From the NCBI GenBank assembly GCA_038205245.1, contig JBBRCD010000005.1, positions 7,659-71,658 on the forward strand: 64,000 nt of DNA, given 5' to 3'. The stretch comes from Burkholderiales bacterium. GTDB taxonomy: Bacteria > Pseudomonadota > Gammaproteobacteria > Burkholderiales > CAIKXV01. Made by a program: the position numbers and the translations under genes. This document shows, in pieces, positions 9,595 through 18,687 of the stretch. The notes under the pieces were generated by a model that saw only the letters and a list, made by a program, of their open reading frames with translations, was not told the origin of the DNA and made no database searches. Position 1 is the first letter of the stretch, and each line of letters opens with the position of its first letter.

Positions 9595-10641
9595 ATGCTG
9601 ATCCGATCGAAGTCCAGTCTGTGGCTGCGCCGTGTACGCGCGCTGGTGTGGCCTGTAGCCGCGAGATTACCCGCCGCTGCGCTTGCCGCTACGCTTGCGA
9701 CTGTGGCGGGCAGTGTGCTTGCGCAGCCGAAGGGCACCGACGGCTGGCCGGCGCGTCCAGTGCGGATGATCGTCCCCTTTGCCCCAGGCGGTCCGACCGA
9801 TATCGTTGCGCGGCTGGTGGCGCAGCGGCTGGGCGAGATTTGGAACCAGTCGGTACTGGTCGACAACCGTCCTGGCGCTGGCGGTAACGTCGGTGTCGAG
9901 ATCGCTGCCAGGGCGGTACCCGATGGCTATACCGTGTTGATCACCAGCTCGAGCTATCTGGTCAACCCGGCGCTCTATGAAAAGCTGCGCTGGGACCCGT
10001 TCAAAAGCTTCGTCCCGGTGACCAATGCAGCGACCTCGCCCAACCTGTTCGTGGTCAACCCGTCGGTGCCGGCGAAGTCGATGAAAGAACTGGTCGCGCT
10101 GATCAAGTCGCAGCCGGGCAAGTTCAGCTATGCCTCGCCGGGACTGGGCACCACGCCACAACTGTCCTGCGAGATGTTCCGTCTGCTCACCGGGGTCGAT
10201 GTCCAGCATGTCCCCTACGGCGGCGCCGGCCCGGCGACTACTTCGGTGGTGGCCAACCAGAACCCGATGGGCTGCATGGCGCAGCCGCCGGCAGTACCGC
10301 AGATCCAGGCCGGCAAGTTGCGTGGGCTCGCGATCACCAGCGCCAAGCGTTCGCCCAGTCTGCCAGACGTGCCGACCATGGTCGAGCAGGGCTTTGCCAA
10401 CTTCGTCACCGACAACATGAACGCCATCTTTCTGCCGGCAGGCGCGTCGCCGGCGCTGGTCGCCCGCCTGCATGCCGATGTGGTCAAGGCGCTGCAGACA
10501 CCCGAGGTGCGCGAAAAGCTGCTTGCACAGGGACTGGAACCGGTCGGCGACTCGCCCGAGGGCTTTGCTGCCTATGTGAGACTGCAGATCGCGCAGTGGA
10601 CGAAGGTGGTCAAGGAGGCCGGCATCAAAGTCGAGCAGTGA
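9595..10641 (+). CDS. Bug/TctC-family periplasmic solute-binding protein
   Basis: ORF is open from 9556. The ATG at 9595 follows a G-rich RBS and lies 17 nt after the upstream stop. Motifs PVRMIVPFAPGGPTD and HVPYGGAGPA. Confidence 0.85.
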   Translation: MLIRSKSSLWLRRVRALVWPVAARLPAAALAATLATVAGSVLAQPKGTDGWPARPVRMIVPFAPGGPTDIVARLVAQRLGEIWNQSVLVDNRPGAGGNVGVEIAARAVPDGYTVLITSSSYLVNPALYEKLRWDPFKSFVPVTNAATSPNLFVVNPSVPAKSMKELVALIKSQPGKFSYASPGLGTTPQLSCEMFRLLTGVDVQHVPYGGAGPATTSVVANQNPMGCMAQPPAVPQIQAGKLRGLAITSAKRSPSLPDVPTMVEQGFANFVTDNMNAIFLPAGASPALVARLHADVVKALQTPEVREKLLAQGLEPVGDSPEGFAAYVRLQIAQWTKVVKEAGIKVEQ

Positions 10642-10792
10642 GCAGGTCGAGGCGGGGATGAACCGTCAGATCGGACTGGGTATCGTCGGCGCCGGCCGGA
10701 TCGGTACGCTGCGGGCACGGCTCGCGGCGAAGCATGCCGGTGTGCGCTTCATTGCGATCGCCGACTGTGATCCGGACGCGGCGGCGCGCACT

Positions 10793-10822
10793 GCTACGCT
10801 ACGCTGTGCGGTGCGGTGCGGC
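10793..10822. repeat. pentanucleotide-periodic tract GCTAC GCTAC GCTGT GCGGT GCGGT GCGGC
   Basis: Read directly. Lies at the first frame break of the Gfo/Idh/MocA pseudogene. Confidence 0.8.
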
Positions 10823-10868
10823 GATGCATGGCAGCGACAACCAGGCAGTGATCGAGCATTCTGAGCCG

Positions 10869-10900
10869 GCTCGGCCGTGTGCTCGGCCGTGTGCTCGGCG
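10869..10900. repeat. 12-nt tandem repeat GCTCGGCCGTGT x2.7
   Basis: Read directly. Lies inside the decayed oxidoreductase gene. Confidence 0.85.
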
Positions 10901-11533
10901 TCTAGGCCCGGGTCTACAACTCGCGTGCGCAGGCCCTGGCGATGCTCGGACGCAATCCGCATGCCACGCCGTTGGTCGATGCGCTGACCTGCTATGTCGA
11001 TCTGGTCGGCTGATTTCTCGATGGCGTGCCGCTATGCGAGGTCTGTGCGCGCGGTCAGAAGGGCGTGCTCGCCAAGGCCGGTCATGCTGCGGACGACGTC
11101 GACTATGCCATCCTCACCTATGCCGATGGCAGCGTGGTCAATCTTTCGGTCAGCTATGCGTTGCCGTCCAGGTATCCGGCCCTCGGTCATGCTGCACGGG
11201 TGGAACTGATCGGCGACCAAGGCGTGATGATCCTGGACGACGACCATACCGATCAGCTGATGTACACCGAGGTCGGTATCCCGCATGTCTACCTGCCCGA
11301 TCACGAAGTGAACATGGTGTTTCTGCAGAGCGGCACGCCAGGCGACTGGGCACTGGGCGAGTTCTGGGGGCCGATCGCCAACGAGACCCGGGCGTGGCTG
11401 GATCACCTGGTGCTCGGCTCGCCCTGCGTGCTGCCGGATGCGCGCACCGCGCGCGCCACCCTGCAGGCGACGCTGGCGATCGAGGCTTCCATCGCGCGTG
11501 GTGTTGCCGTGCATCTGCCGCTGCCGTCGTGAG

Positions 11534-11785
11534 TCCGGGGTGCCCGGCTACGAGGCCTCGACCTGCTAGGGGCTGCTGGCACCGGCGGGCACTGCGCGGC
11601 CGATCGTCGATCGGCTGCATGCCGAGACGGTGAAGGTGCTCACGGTGCCGGACTTCCGCGAGAAGCTCACGGCCCAGGGTTTTGAGCCTGTGGGCAGCAG
11701 CCCGGCCGAGTTCGCGAGCTATATCCAGTCCCAGATCGAGGTCTGGGCGAAGGTGATTCGCCAGGCGGGTATCCAGCCGCAGTAG
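11534..11785 (+). pseudogene. C-terminal fragment of a Bug/TctC-family gene with an internal stop
   Basis: Translates GVPGYEASTC*GLLAPAGTARPIVDRLHAETVKVL...EFASYIQSQIEVWAKVIRQAGIQPQ*, the last quarter of a Bug protein. The usual W-Y codons are replaced by tgc tag. No N-terminal three quarters. Confidence 0.7.
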
Positions 11786-11849
11786 GGCGGCGTGCACGCC
11801 AACCGGGAGTGGCTTGCCGGAGTTCCCCGGTGAGCCCGCGTTGCACCCG

Positions 11850-12356
11850 TTACGCCGGACCCATGAAGTCGCCCTTGCCGATAGCCAGGCCGTTGTGGCG
11901 CAGCAGGTTGTAGGCGGTGGTGTAATGGAAGAAGAAGTTGGGCAGGATGAAGCCGAGCAGGTAGTCCTGGCCCTTCATGTCGATGGGGAACTTGCCCATC
12001 ATGTACTTCACCGCACGCGCCTCCGAGCCATCGATCTGCACCGATGTGAAGGTCTCGATATAGGCGATGGTCTTCTCCACTCGCGCTTTCAGTTCAGCGA
12101 AGCTCTGTTCGGTGTCTTCGAAACGCTCCGGCTCCACGCCAGCCAGACGCGCGGCGCCCGACTTGGCGAAGTCGGCGGCGACCTGCACCTGCTTGGCCAG
12201 CGCGAACATGTCCGGAAACAGCCGCGCCTGCAGATAAGCCGACTCGGTGTGATTGGCGCTCGCGCAGTGCGCGTGCGCCTTGCCGAGGATGGTCGCCAGC
12301 GCCGCCAGGTTGCGTTTGAACACCGGCACCGAGGCCGCGTACATGGAGATCGTCAT
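11850..12356 (-). CDS. DUF1993 domain-containing protein
   Basis: 168-aa portion of the 406-aa ORF, starting at MTISMYAASVPVF with an AGGAAGC RBS upstream. Ends FFFHYTTAYNLLRHNG..IGKGDF, typical of DUF1993. Confidence 0.8.
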   Translation of the reverse strand: MTISMYAASVPVFKRNLAALATILGKAHAHCASANHTESAYLQARLFPDMFALAKQVQVAADFAKSGAARLAGVEPERFEDTEQSFAELKARVEKTIAYIETFTSVQIDGSEARAVKYMMGKFPIDMKGQDYLLGFILPNFFFHYTTAYNLLRHNGLAIGKGDFMGPA

Positions 12357-12569
12357 GATGGTTGCTTCCTGGTTGTCGTGCCCGTGAAGGGCGCGGTTAC
12401 TGGGGCTGGAAACCAATATCGCGCGCGAGATTGCGGTAACAGGCGAAGTCGCGTGCCCGCCCATGAGTTCCGAGGTCATCGGCGCCGAACCCTTGTACGG
12501 CAATCGACCGCCGGTGACCGAATTATAGGCTGGCTGCCACTGGCCGAGGCGCCGTTCTATCATCCGGGC

Positions 12570-13457
12570 ATGGGCGTCCCGATCACCTCGCGCAGCAATC
12601 CGGCATTCCAGCATCTGCGGCGACTCGCGACCGATGCACGCGAGCGGGCACAGGCCGGGCGTACCCTGATCGAGGGCGACCATCTGATCGGGGCCTGGGT
12701 CGGACACGGATTGCCAGTGGTGTCCTGCGCGGTCGATGCAGCCGCTCTGGAACTGCCGGCGATCGCTGCCACGATTGCGCGGCTGCGTCTGGCCGGCATC
12801 GAGCCGTTGGTGCTGGCGGGCGCACTGATGCATCAGGTGTCCGCGCTCGATTCTGCGGCGAAGCTGATTGCCGAGATCGAACCGCGCGCCGGCGACCTGG
12901 GCCGGGCACGGGGCGAGGATTCTGTGGTTCTGGACGCGGTGCAGGACCCGGGCAATGTGGGCGCCATCCTTCGCACCTGCGCCGCGGCTGGCATACGCCA
13001 TGTGATTGCCGGGCCGGGAAACGCGGCGCTCTGGTCGCCGAAGGTGATCCGGGCGGCGATGGGGGCGCATGCGGTACTGAATCTGATCAGCATCGATGCC
13101 GGCAGCGGGGGGGGCGTCGGAGGCTTGCCTGCGGTGATCGCGGCGCTGGGTGTCCCCGCGCTGGGCACGTCACCTCACGCCAGCGCATCCGTGTACGACA
13201 CTGCACTTGCGCAGTCTTGCGCATGGGTGTTCGGTCACGAGGGCGGCGGGCTCAGTGCGCCGGTCGAGTCTGCACTGACGCGGCGCCTGGCAATCCCGCA
13301 GGCGCCTGGCGTCGAGTCGCTCAACGTCGCCGCCGCGGTTGCCGTGTGTCTGTTCGAGCAGCGCCGGCAGCGTCGCGCGGCCGCAGCGCCGCCGGACGCC
13401 GCAACCCTCACTGGGGCTGGAACCGGATCTCGCGGGCGAGCTTCCCGTACCGGTTGA
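12570..13457 (+). CDS. TrmH/SpoU-family RNA 2-prime-O-methyltransferase
   Basis: 295 aa from MGVPITSRSNPAFQHL. DPGNVGAILRT, FGHEGGGLS and ESLNVAAAVAVCLFE motifs of the SPOUT family. Confidence 0.85.
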   Translation: MGVPITSRSNPAFQHLRRLATDARERAQAGRTLIEGDHLIGAWVGHGLPVVSCAVDAAALELPAIAATIARLRLAGIEPLVLAGALMHQVSALDSAAKLIAEIEPRAGDLGRARGEDSVVLDAVQDPGNVGAILRTCAAAGIRHVIAGPGNAALWSPKVIRAAMGAHAVLNLISIDAGSGGGVGGLPAVIAALGVPALGTSPHASASVYDTALAQSCAWVFGHEGGGLSAPVESALTRRLAIPQAPGVESLNVAAAVAVCLFEQRRQRRAAAAPPDAATLTGAGTGSRGRASRTG

Positions 13458-14373
13458 AGTCACGCCGGATCTGCTCGGCGAAGTATTCCGGAGGCTGCTG
13501 CACGATGAGCAGCCCGGAGGCGGTCAGTGCCTCGCGCACATCGGCAAGCCCGAGCGCGTCGTTCACCGCTTTGTTCAGCGTGACCACGATCTCGCGCGGC
13601 ACCCCGGCCGGGCCGACCAGACCGAACCAGCCACGCGCCTCGAAGCCAGGCACGGTTTCCGCCGCGACCGGCACCTCCCGGAACTGCGCGACCCGGGTCG
13701 GATTGGTCAGGGCCAGCAGCCGCATCTTGCCTGCCTTTACATGCGGGGCGAACGGGGTGAAGCCGCCGATGGCTCCGTCGATCTGGCCGGCGAGCAGTTC
13801 AGTGATGATCTGGCCAGTGCCCTTGTAGGGCACATGCAGATACTTGAAGCTGGCCTGCAGGCCGAGGTCCTCGATCGAAAGATGCGAGAAGGTGCCTTCG
13901 CCATTGGTGCCCATGCTGAGCTTGCCCGGATTGGCGCGGGCATAGGCGATCAGGTCCTTGACCGTCTTGAACGGGGTGCTCGGGTGCACCAGGATTGCCG
14001 CATAGTTGGTGGCGATCAGCGCGACCGGCGTGAAGTCCTTCAACGGGTCATACGGAAGCTTGCGGAAGGTGTGCGGGGCGACTGCCATGTTGCTGCCCTG
14101 GCCGATGGCAAAGGTGTAGCCATCGGCAGTGGCTCGGGCGGCGGCTTCCAGGCCGATCTGGCCGGACGCGCCGGCGCGATTCTCGACGATCACCGGCTGG
14201 CCGAGCCGCTCGGTGAGCCTGGGCCCGAGTGTGCGTGCCAGGATGTCGGCGGTGTCGCCTGGCGGGAACGGCACCACGATCCTGAGCGGTTTCGCCGGCC
14301 AGGTCTGGGCCAAAGCGGCGGGCATGACGATGGCGGCGGCGGTGATTGCGAGCAGCAGGGTTGCAAGCTTCAT
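13408..14373 (-). CDS. Bug/TctC-family periplasmic solute-binding protein
   Basis: 321 aa from MKLATLLLAI with AAGGAGGAGA upstream. Motifs AQTWPAKPLRIVVPFPPGDTAD and HVPYKGTGQ. Confidence 0.9.
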   Translation of the reverse strand: MKLATLLLAITAAAIVMPAALAQTWPAKPLRIVVPFPPGDTADILARTLGPRLTERLGQPVIVENRAGASGQIGLEAAARATADGYTFAIGQGSNMAVAPHTFRKLPYDPLKDFTPVALIATNYAAILVHPSTPFKTVKDLIAYARANPGKLSMGTNGEGTFSHLSIEDLGLQASFKYLHVPYKGTGQIITELLAGQIDGAIGGFTPFAPHVKAGKMRLLALTNPTRVAQFREVPVAAETVPGFEARGWFGLVGPAGVPREIVVTLNKAVNDALGLADVREALTASGLLIVQQPPEYFAEQIRRDFNRYGKLAREIRFQPQ

Positions 14374-14482
14374 ATTACGGTCTCCTCCTTGTTTTTCTGC
14401 CATGCCCGAGGATACCGCCCCGGCAGGATGCGCTGATAGACTGCGAGCTCTCTTCGCAGCCACCATCGGAGCGTTCACCGGC

Positions 14483-15646
14483 ATGCGTATCACCGCCATC
14501 CGTGAGACCGCAGTGCCGCTCAACTCGACCCTGCGCAATGCGGTGTTCGACTTCAGCGAGATGACCACCTCGGTGGTGGCGGTGTTCACCGACCAGGTGC
14601 GCGATGGCCGACCGGTGACCGGCTACTCGTTCAATTCTACCGGCCGCTATGCATGCGGCGCGCAGATGCGCGACCGGTTCATTCCGCGACTGCTCAAGGC
14701 ACCCGCCGAGTCGCTGCTCGATGCCGCCGGTTCGAACTTCGATCCGGAGAGGATCCTGGCTGTGATGATGCAGCGGGAGAAGCCGGGCGGTCACACCGAG
14801 CGCTCGGTGGCGATCGGCACCATCGAGGTTGCGGCCTGGGACGCGGTGGCCAAGATCGCCGGCAAACCATTGCACCAGGTGCTCGCCGAACGTTATAGCG
14901 GCGGACGCACCCTGGACAAGGTGCCCTGCTATGTCGGCGGGGGCTGGTATGCGCCCGGCAAAGGCATCCCCGAGTTGCTCGACGAGATTCGCGAGAAGTT
15001 CGATCAGGGCTACAACGTGATGAAGATCAAGGTCGGTGGGGCGTCACTCGGCGAGGATGTCCGCCGGATCGAGGCCGCGCTGGAACTTGTGGGCGATCCG
15101 GCGCGGCTGGCGGTCGATGCCAACGCTGGCTTCGATCGCACCCGCGCGCTCGCTTATGCCGACGCGTTCGCAGGCTACGGGCTGAAGTGGTTCGAGGAGC
15201 CGACCGATCCGCTGGACTATGCGCTGCTGGCCGAGTTCTCGGCGCGCTACGGTACGGCCATCGGCACTGGCGAGAACCTGTTCTCCACCCAGGACATCGA
15301 CAACCTGATCCGTTTCGGCGGGCTGCAGGCCGATCGCGATTTCATCCAGATCGATGTGCCGCAGAGCTACGGCATCGTGCAATTTGCACGCACCCTGGCA
15401 ATGATGAAGTCCCGTGGATGGTCGCGCCACCGGGTGTTCCCGCATGGCGGCAACCAGATGACCCTGCATATCGTCGGCGGCTTCGGTCTGGGCGGCTGCG
15501 AGGCCTATCCCGGCGTGTTCGGCGCATTCGCCGGGTTTGCCGACGATGCCAGGGTCGAGGCCGGATGGCTCGCGCTGCCGCAGCGCCCCGGCATCGGTTT
15601 CGAGGGGCAGAACGCGCTCTACGCGATCATGAAGTCCCTGGGCTGA
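14483..15646 (+). CDS. enolase-superfamily dehydratase, D-tartrate dehydratase (TarD)-like
   Basis: 387 aa from MRITAIRE. KxK motif NVMKIKVGG, metal ligands in AVDANAGF, WFEEPTDP and GTGENLF, and the FPHGGNQM block. Collinear along the whole length with the Bradyrhizobium TarD sequence as I recall it. Confidence 0.8.
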   Translation: MRITAIRETAVPLNSTLRNAVFDFSEMTTSVVAVFTDQVRDGRPVTGYSFNSTGRYACGAQMRDRFIPRLLKAPAESLLDAAGSNFDPERILAVMMQREKPGGHTERSVAIGTIEVAAWDAVAKIAGKPLHQVLAERYSGGRTLDKVPCYVGGGWYAPGKGIPELLDEIREKFDQGYNVMKIKVGGASLGEDVRRIEAALELVGDPARLAVDANAGFDRTRALAYADAFAGYGLKWFEEPTDPLDYALLAEFSARYGTAIGTGENLFSTQDIDNLIRFGGLQADRDFIQIDVPQSYGIVQFARTLAMMKSRGWSRHRVFPHGGNQMTLHIVGGFGLGGCEAYPGVFGAFAGFADDARVEAGWLALPQRPGIGFEGQNALYAIMKSLG

Positions 15647-16625
15647 CCGGCAGTGCCGGGGCTGCCGGCGCTGTGAGCGGTGTCTGCGCGATCAGGGCGT
15701 CCCGTAGCCGGGTCAGCACCGCATCGGCGCTGTTCACCGGAAGCGAGAAATGTGCCTCGTGTTCCGGGAACTCGGCGATGCAGTCCGGCAGCCGGCGTGC
15801 CATGGCCTGACCGAAGGCGATCGGCACCGTGCCATCTTGCTGGCCATGCCACAACCATACCCGTTGCCGGATCGACTCCAGCTCGAAGCCCCAGGGCCGG
15901 GCATAGATGATCAGGTCACGCGCTGCGCCGCGCCCGCCTTGCGCGAATGCGGTGCGCACCGAATCGAGGATGGTCGAGCGCAGCCCGGGCTCGGCGATCG
16001 CAATCCGGTCGGCCTGCGGCGACTTGGCGTTGAGCAGGTCGAAGATCGCCTCCGGCTTGCGCTGCACATAGCGCGAGATGATGCCGCCGTACACCGCGTG
16101 CACGATCGATGGCGCATACCGCCCGAGCAGGATGCCGCCGCGCGATACGCCATTCATGCCGACCGTGTCGCCATGGCGCTCGGCGGTGCCCAGCCCGCAG
16201 ACGATGGCCACGGCCGGGCAGCGATTGCCCAGTGCCGAGGCGATTGCAAGCGCATACGGTGCTCCGCCGGAAATGCCGAGCACACCGAAGCGGTCGATAC
16301 CCAGCGCGTCGGCACCGGCAGCGATATCGCCGGGCCAGTCGAGCAGCCGGCGGCCGGGCTGGTAATCCGAGCCACCGTAGCCGGGCCGATCGAAGGCGAT
16401 GATGCGTACCCCCAGTTCGCGCGCCCAACGATCGGTCTGGCGCGCCTCCATGCGCGAGCCGGGAAAGCCGTGGCAATAGAACACGGGTACGCCGGCAGGG
16501 TCGCCGTACTGCGCGTAGCTTAGCTGCCTGCCATCGGGCAGCCGCAGACATTCATGTTCCAGACGCTGTTGTTCCAGACGCTGATGTTCGGCGGCGACCG
16601 TCACCGGCGTCCCGGACTTGTTCAT
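15627..16625 (-). CDS. alpha/beta-fold hydrolase
   Basis: 332 aa. HGFPGSR oxyanion region and nucleophile elbow GISGGAPYA. Confidence 0.8.
   Translation of the reverse strand: MNKSGTPVTVAAEHQRLEQQRLEHECLRLPDGRQLSYAQYGDPAGVPVFYCHGFPGSRMEARQTDRWARELGVRIIAFDRPGYGGSDYQPGRRLLDWPGDIAAGADALGIDRFGVLGISGGAPYALAIASALGNRCPAVAIVCGLGTAERHGDTVGMNGVSRGGILLGRYAPSIVHAVYGGIISRYVQRKPEAIFDLLNAKSPQADRIAIAEPGLRSTILDSVRTAFAQGGRGAARDLIIYARPWGFELESIRQRVWLWHGQQDGTVPIAFGQAMARRLPDCIAEFPEHEAHFSLPVNSADAVLTRLRDALIAQTPLTAPAAPALPVSPGTS
16554..16583. repeat. 15-nt in-frame tandem duplication (ATGTTCCAGACGCTG / TTGTTCCAGACGCTG)
   Basis: Read directly. Encodes EHQRLEQQRLEH near the hydrolase N-terminus. Confidence 0.8.
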
Positions 16626-17551
16626 GCCTCCGAGCCGCCCCGGTCCAGTGTGCCCAGATAGCGATCGATCGCGGTGTGGTTCAGGGTCGGATCCTGTTTC
16701 GCACCCAGCTTCTGTTCGGCATCGTTCCAGACCCGTACGACGGTCTCGGCCAGGGCGGTCTGCATCCCGGTGGCATCGGCGACTTCCAGCGCGGTGCGCA
16801 GGTCCTTGGCCATCAGCGCCAGGCCGAAACCATCGGCATAGCTGCCGCTCAGAACGAACGGCTTGAGCTTGTTCTGGGTGCTGTTGTTGACCCCGGTCGA
16901 GGCGTTCAGGATGTCGACGATGGTGTTCGGGTCCAGGCCGAAGCGCGCACCGGCGCGGACCGCCTCGCAGGCGGCCAGCAGGCCGGCGGCAGAAACGTAG
17001 TTGTTGAGTGCCTTGATCGCGTGGCCGGCGCCCAGGTCACCGGCGAGGATCGACTTGCCCAGCGGGGCGAGCACCGCAGCGACGCACTCGGTGACATGCC
17101 GGTCGCCGCCGACCATGATCGCCAGCGTGCCGTCGACCGCGCGCCGTACCCCGCCCGAGACCGGAGCGTCGATCAGCAGCAGCTTGTGGGGGGCGAGCAG
17201 TGTCCCGAGCTCCCGGGTGCCTACCGGCGAGGACGAACTCATGTCGATGACTATGCCGCCGGCCTTCATGCTGCCGGCGATCGCATCCTTGCCGTCACCA
17301 TGTTCACCGAGCAGGACCCGACGTACTGTTGCCCCGTCCGGCAGCATGGTGATCAGCACGTCGGCGCTCGCCCCGACCTCCGCCAGCGTTGCTGCTGGGG
17401 TCTGTCCCAGCTCATCCGCCAGTGTCCGGGTGCGTACCGGGTCGATGTCGTAGAGCACCAGGTTGTGGCCAGCACCCGCGAGGCGGGTCGCCATCGGCCG
17501 GCCCATGTTGCCCAGTCCGACGAACCCGACCGTGTAGCTGAATTCGCCCAT
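16622..17551 (-). CDS. NAD(P)-dependent beta-hydroxyacid dehydrogenase (3-hydroxyisobutyrate dehydrogenase family)
   Basis: ATG of MGEFSYTVGFVGLGNMGRPMA is preceded by AGGAGGAG. GxGxxG motif and family-typical length. 4-nt overlap with the downstream hydrolase. Confidence 0.85.
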   Translation of the reverse strand: MGEFSYTVGFVGLGNMGRPMATRLAGAGHNLVLYDIDPVRTRTLADELGQTPAATLAEVGASADVLITMLPDGATVRRVLLGEHGDGKDAIAGSMKAGGIVIDMSSSSPVGTRELGTLLAPHKLLLIDAPVSGGVRRAVDGTLAIMVGGDRHVTECVAAVLAPLGKSILAGDLGAGHAIKALNNYVSAAGLLAACEAVRAGARFGLDPNTIVDILNASTGVNNSTQNKLKPFVLSGSYADGFGLALMAKDLRTALEVADATGMQTALAETVVRVWNDAEQKLGAKQDPTLNHTAIDRYLGTLDRGGSEA

Positions 17552-17599
17552 CGTCTCCTCCTTGTCCAACCCGTGTCTGGCCCGTGTTCAGCCCCGTTT

Positions 17600-18559
17600 C
17601 TAGCCTATCGGCAGGTCGATCCCCAGGCCGCGTTCCCGGGCGAGTTCGAGCACCCGGCGCCCGGTGTACAGATCCTGCAGCGCCATGCCGTGCGACTCGT
17701 AGAGCGTGATCTGATCGGCGGCAGTGCGGCCCGGATGGCGGCCGACGATGACGTCCCCCAGGGTCGGGATGTTCTCCCAGTAGATGATGCCGGCTTCCAC
17801 GCCGGCCAGAAGATCGCCGCATTCGCCCATCGCCACCTCCACCGAGTCGACCGTGATCAGGTCGCAGCGCCTGACCGTGGTCAGGTCGATCTCGCGCCGG
17901 TTGAGCGCGTTCGCGCCGGTGGCGGCGATGAACTGTCCGGGCTCGAGCAACGCGCCATCGAACAGGGGCTCTTCTGAGCGGGTCATGGTCACGATGATGT
18001 CCGATCCGCGCACCGTTTCTTCGCGCGAGCTGGCCGGGCGCACCAGGGTGTTCACCTTCGGGGCCATCTCGTCGCAGAAACGGCGGACCCGTTCGGCGTT
18101 GCGGCCGAACACCTTCACTTCAGTGATCCTGCGCACTGCGCACACCGCTTCGAGCTGGGTTACCGCGTGCCGCCCGGAGCCGAACAGGCCCACCACCGCG
18201 GCGTCCTCGCGCGCCAGGTACTTGGCGGCCACCCCGGTGGCTGCGCCGGTGCGCATCTGGCCCATCCAGTCGCCTTCGAGCATCGCCTCCAGATTGCCCT
18301 GGGCATGATCGATCAGGTGGACCAGGAACGTGCGCGAGCGGTCCGGGCGCAGGTAGTAGGCCTTGAAGCCGATGGTGTTGATCTCCGGTGCGGCACCTTG
18401 CAGGATGTGCAGGTGCCCGCCGGGCTGCCGGGTGCGCCGGCGCGGGATGTCGAAGGCGCGGCCGTGGGCGCGATCGACGAACGCCTGTTCGACCCGGTCG
18501 ATGGCGATCGGCATGGTCAGGACCGCACGGATATCGGCTTCGCTCAGGTATCGGACCAT
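17600..18559 (-). CDS. ornithine cyclodeaminase/mu-crystallin family protein
   Basis: 319 aa. N-terminal YLSEADIRAVLTM, Rossmann GLFGSGRHA, family length. Confidence 0.85.
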   Translation of the reverse strand: MVRYLSEADIRAVLTMPIAIDRVEQAFVDRAHGRAFDIPRRRTRQPGGHLHILQGAAPEINTIGFKAYYLRPDRSRTFLVHLIDHAQGNLEAMLEGDWMGQMRTGAATGVAAKYLAREDAAVVGLFGSGRHAVTQLEAVCAVRRITEVKVFGRNAERVRRFCDEMAPKVNTLVRPASSREETVRGSDIIVTMTRSEEPLFDGALLEPGQFIAATGANALNRREIDLTTVRRCDLITVDSVEVAMGECGDLLAGVEAGIIYWENIPTLGDVIVGRHPGRTAADQITLYESHGMALQDLYTGRRVLELARERGLGIDLPIG

Positions 18560-18687
18560 GGTGTCGTCTTTCTCGCAACTGGGGCAGGGCGGAGGGGGAG
18601 CGCTGGCGGCCCCGGTAAGGTACCACCGCTGTTTGCACTACACTCACGGTCGCCTTGGCGGGCACCCAGGACCCGCCGCCGTACCTT

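Larger units (their letters stand above)
10658..11532 (+). pseudogene. decayed Gfo/Idh/MocA-family oxidoreductase
   Basis: N-terminal Rossmann fragment MNRQIGLGIVGAGRIG...VRFIAIAD stops after 68 codons. HGSDNQAVIEH continues in another frame. The C-terminal domain (168-aa ORF 11026-11532) is in a third frame. Total span is too short for the family. Confidence 0.7.
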
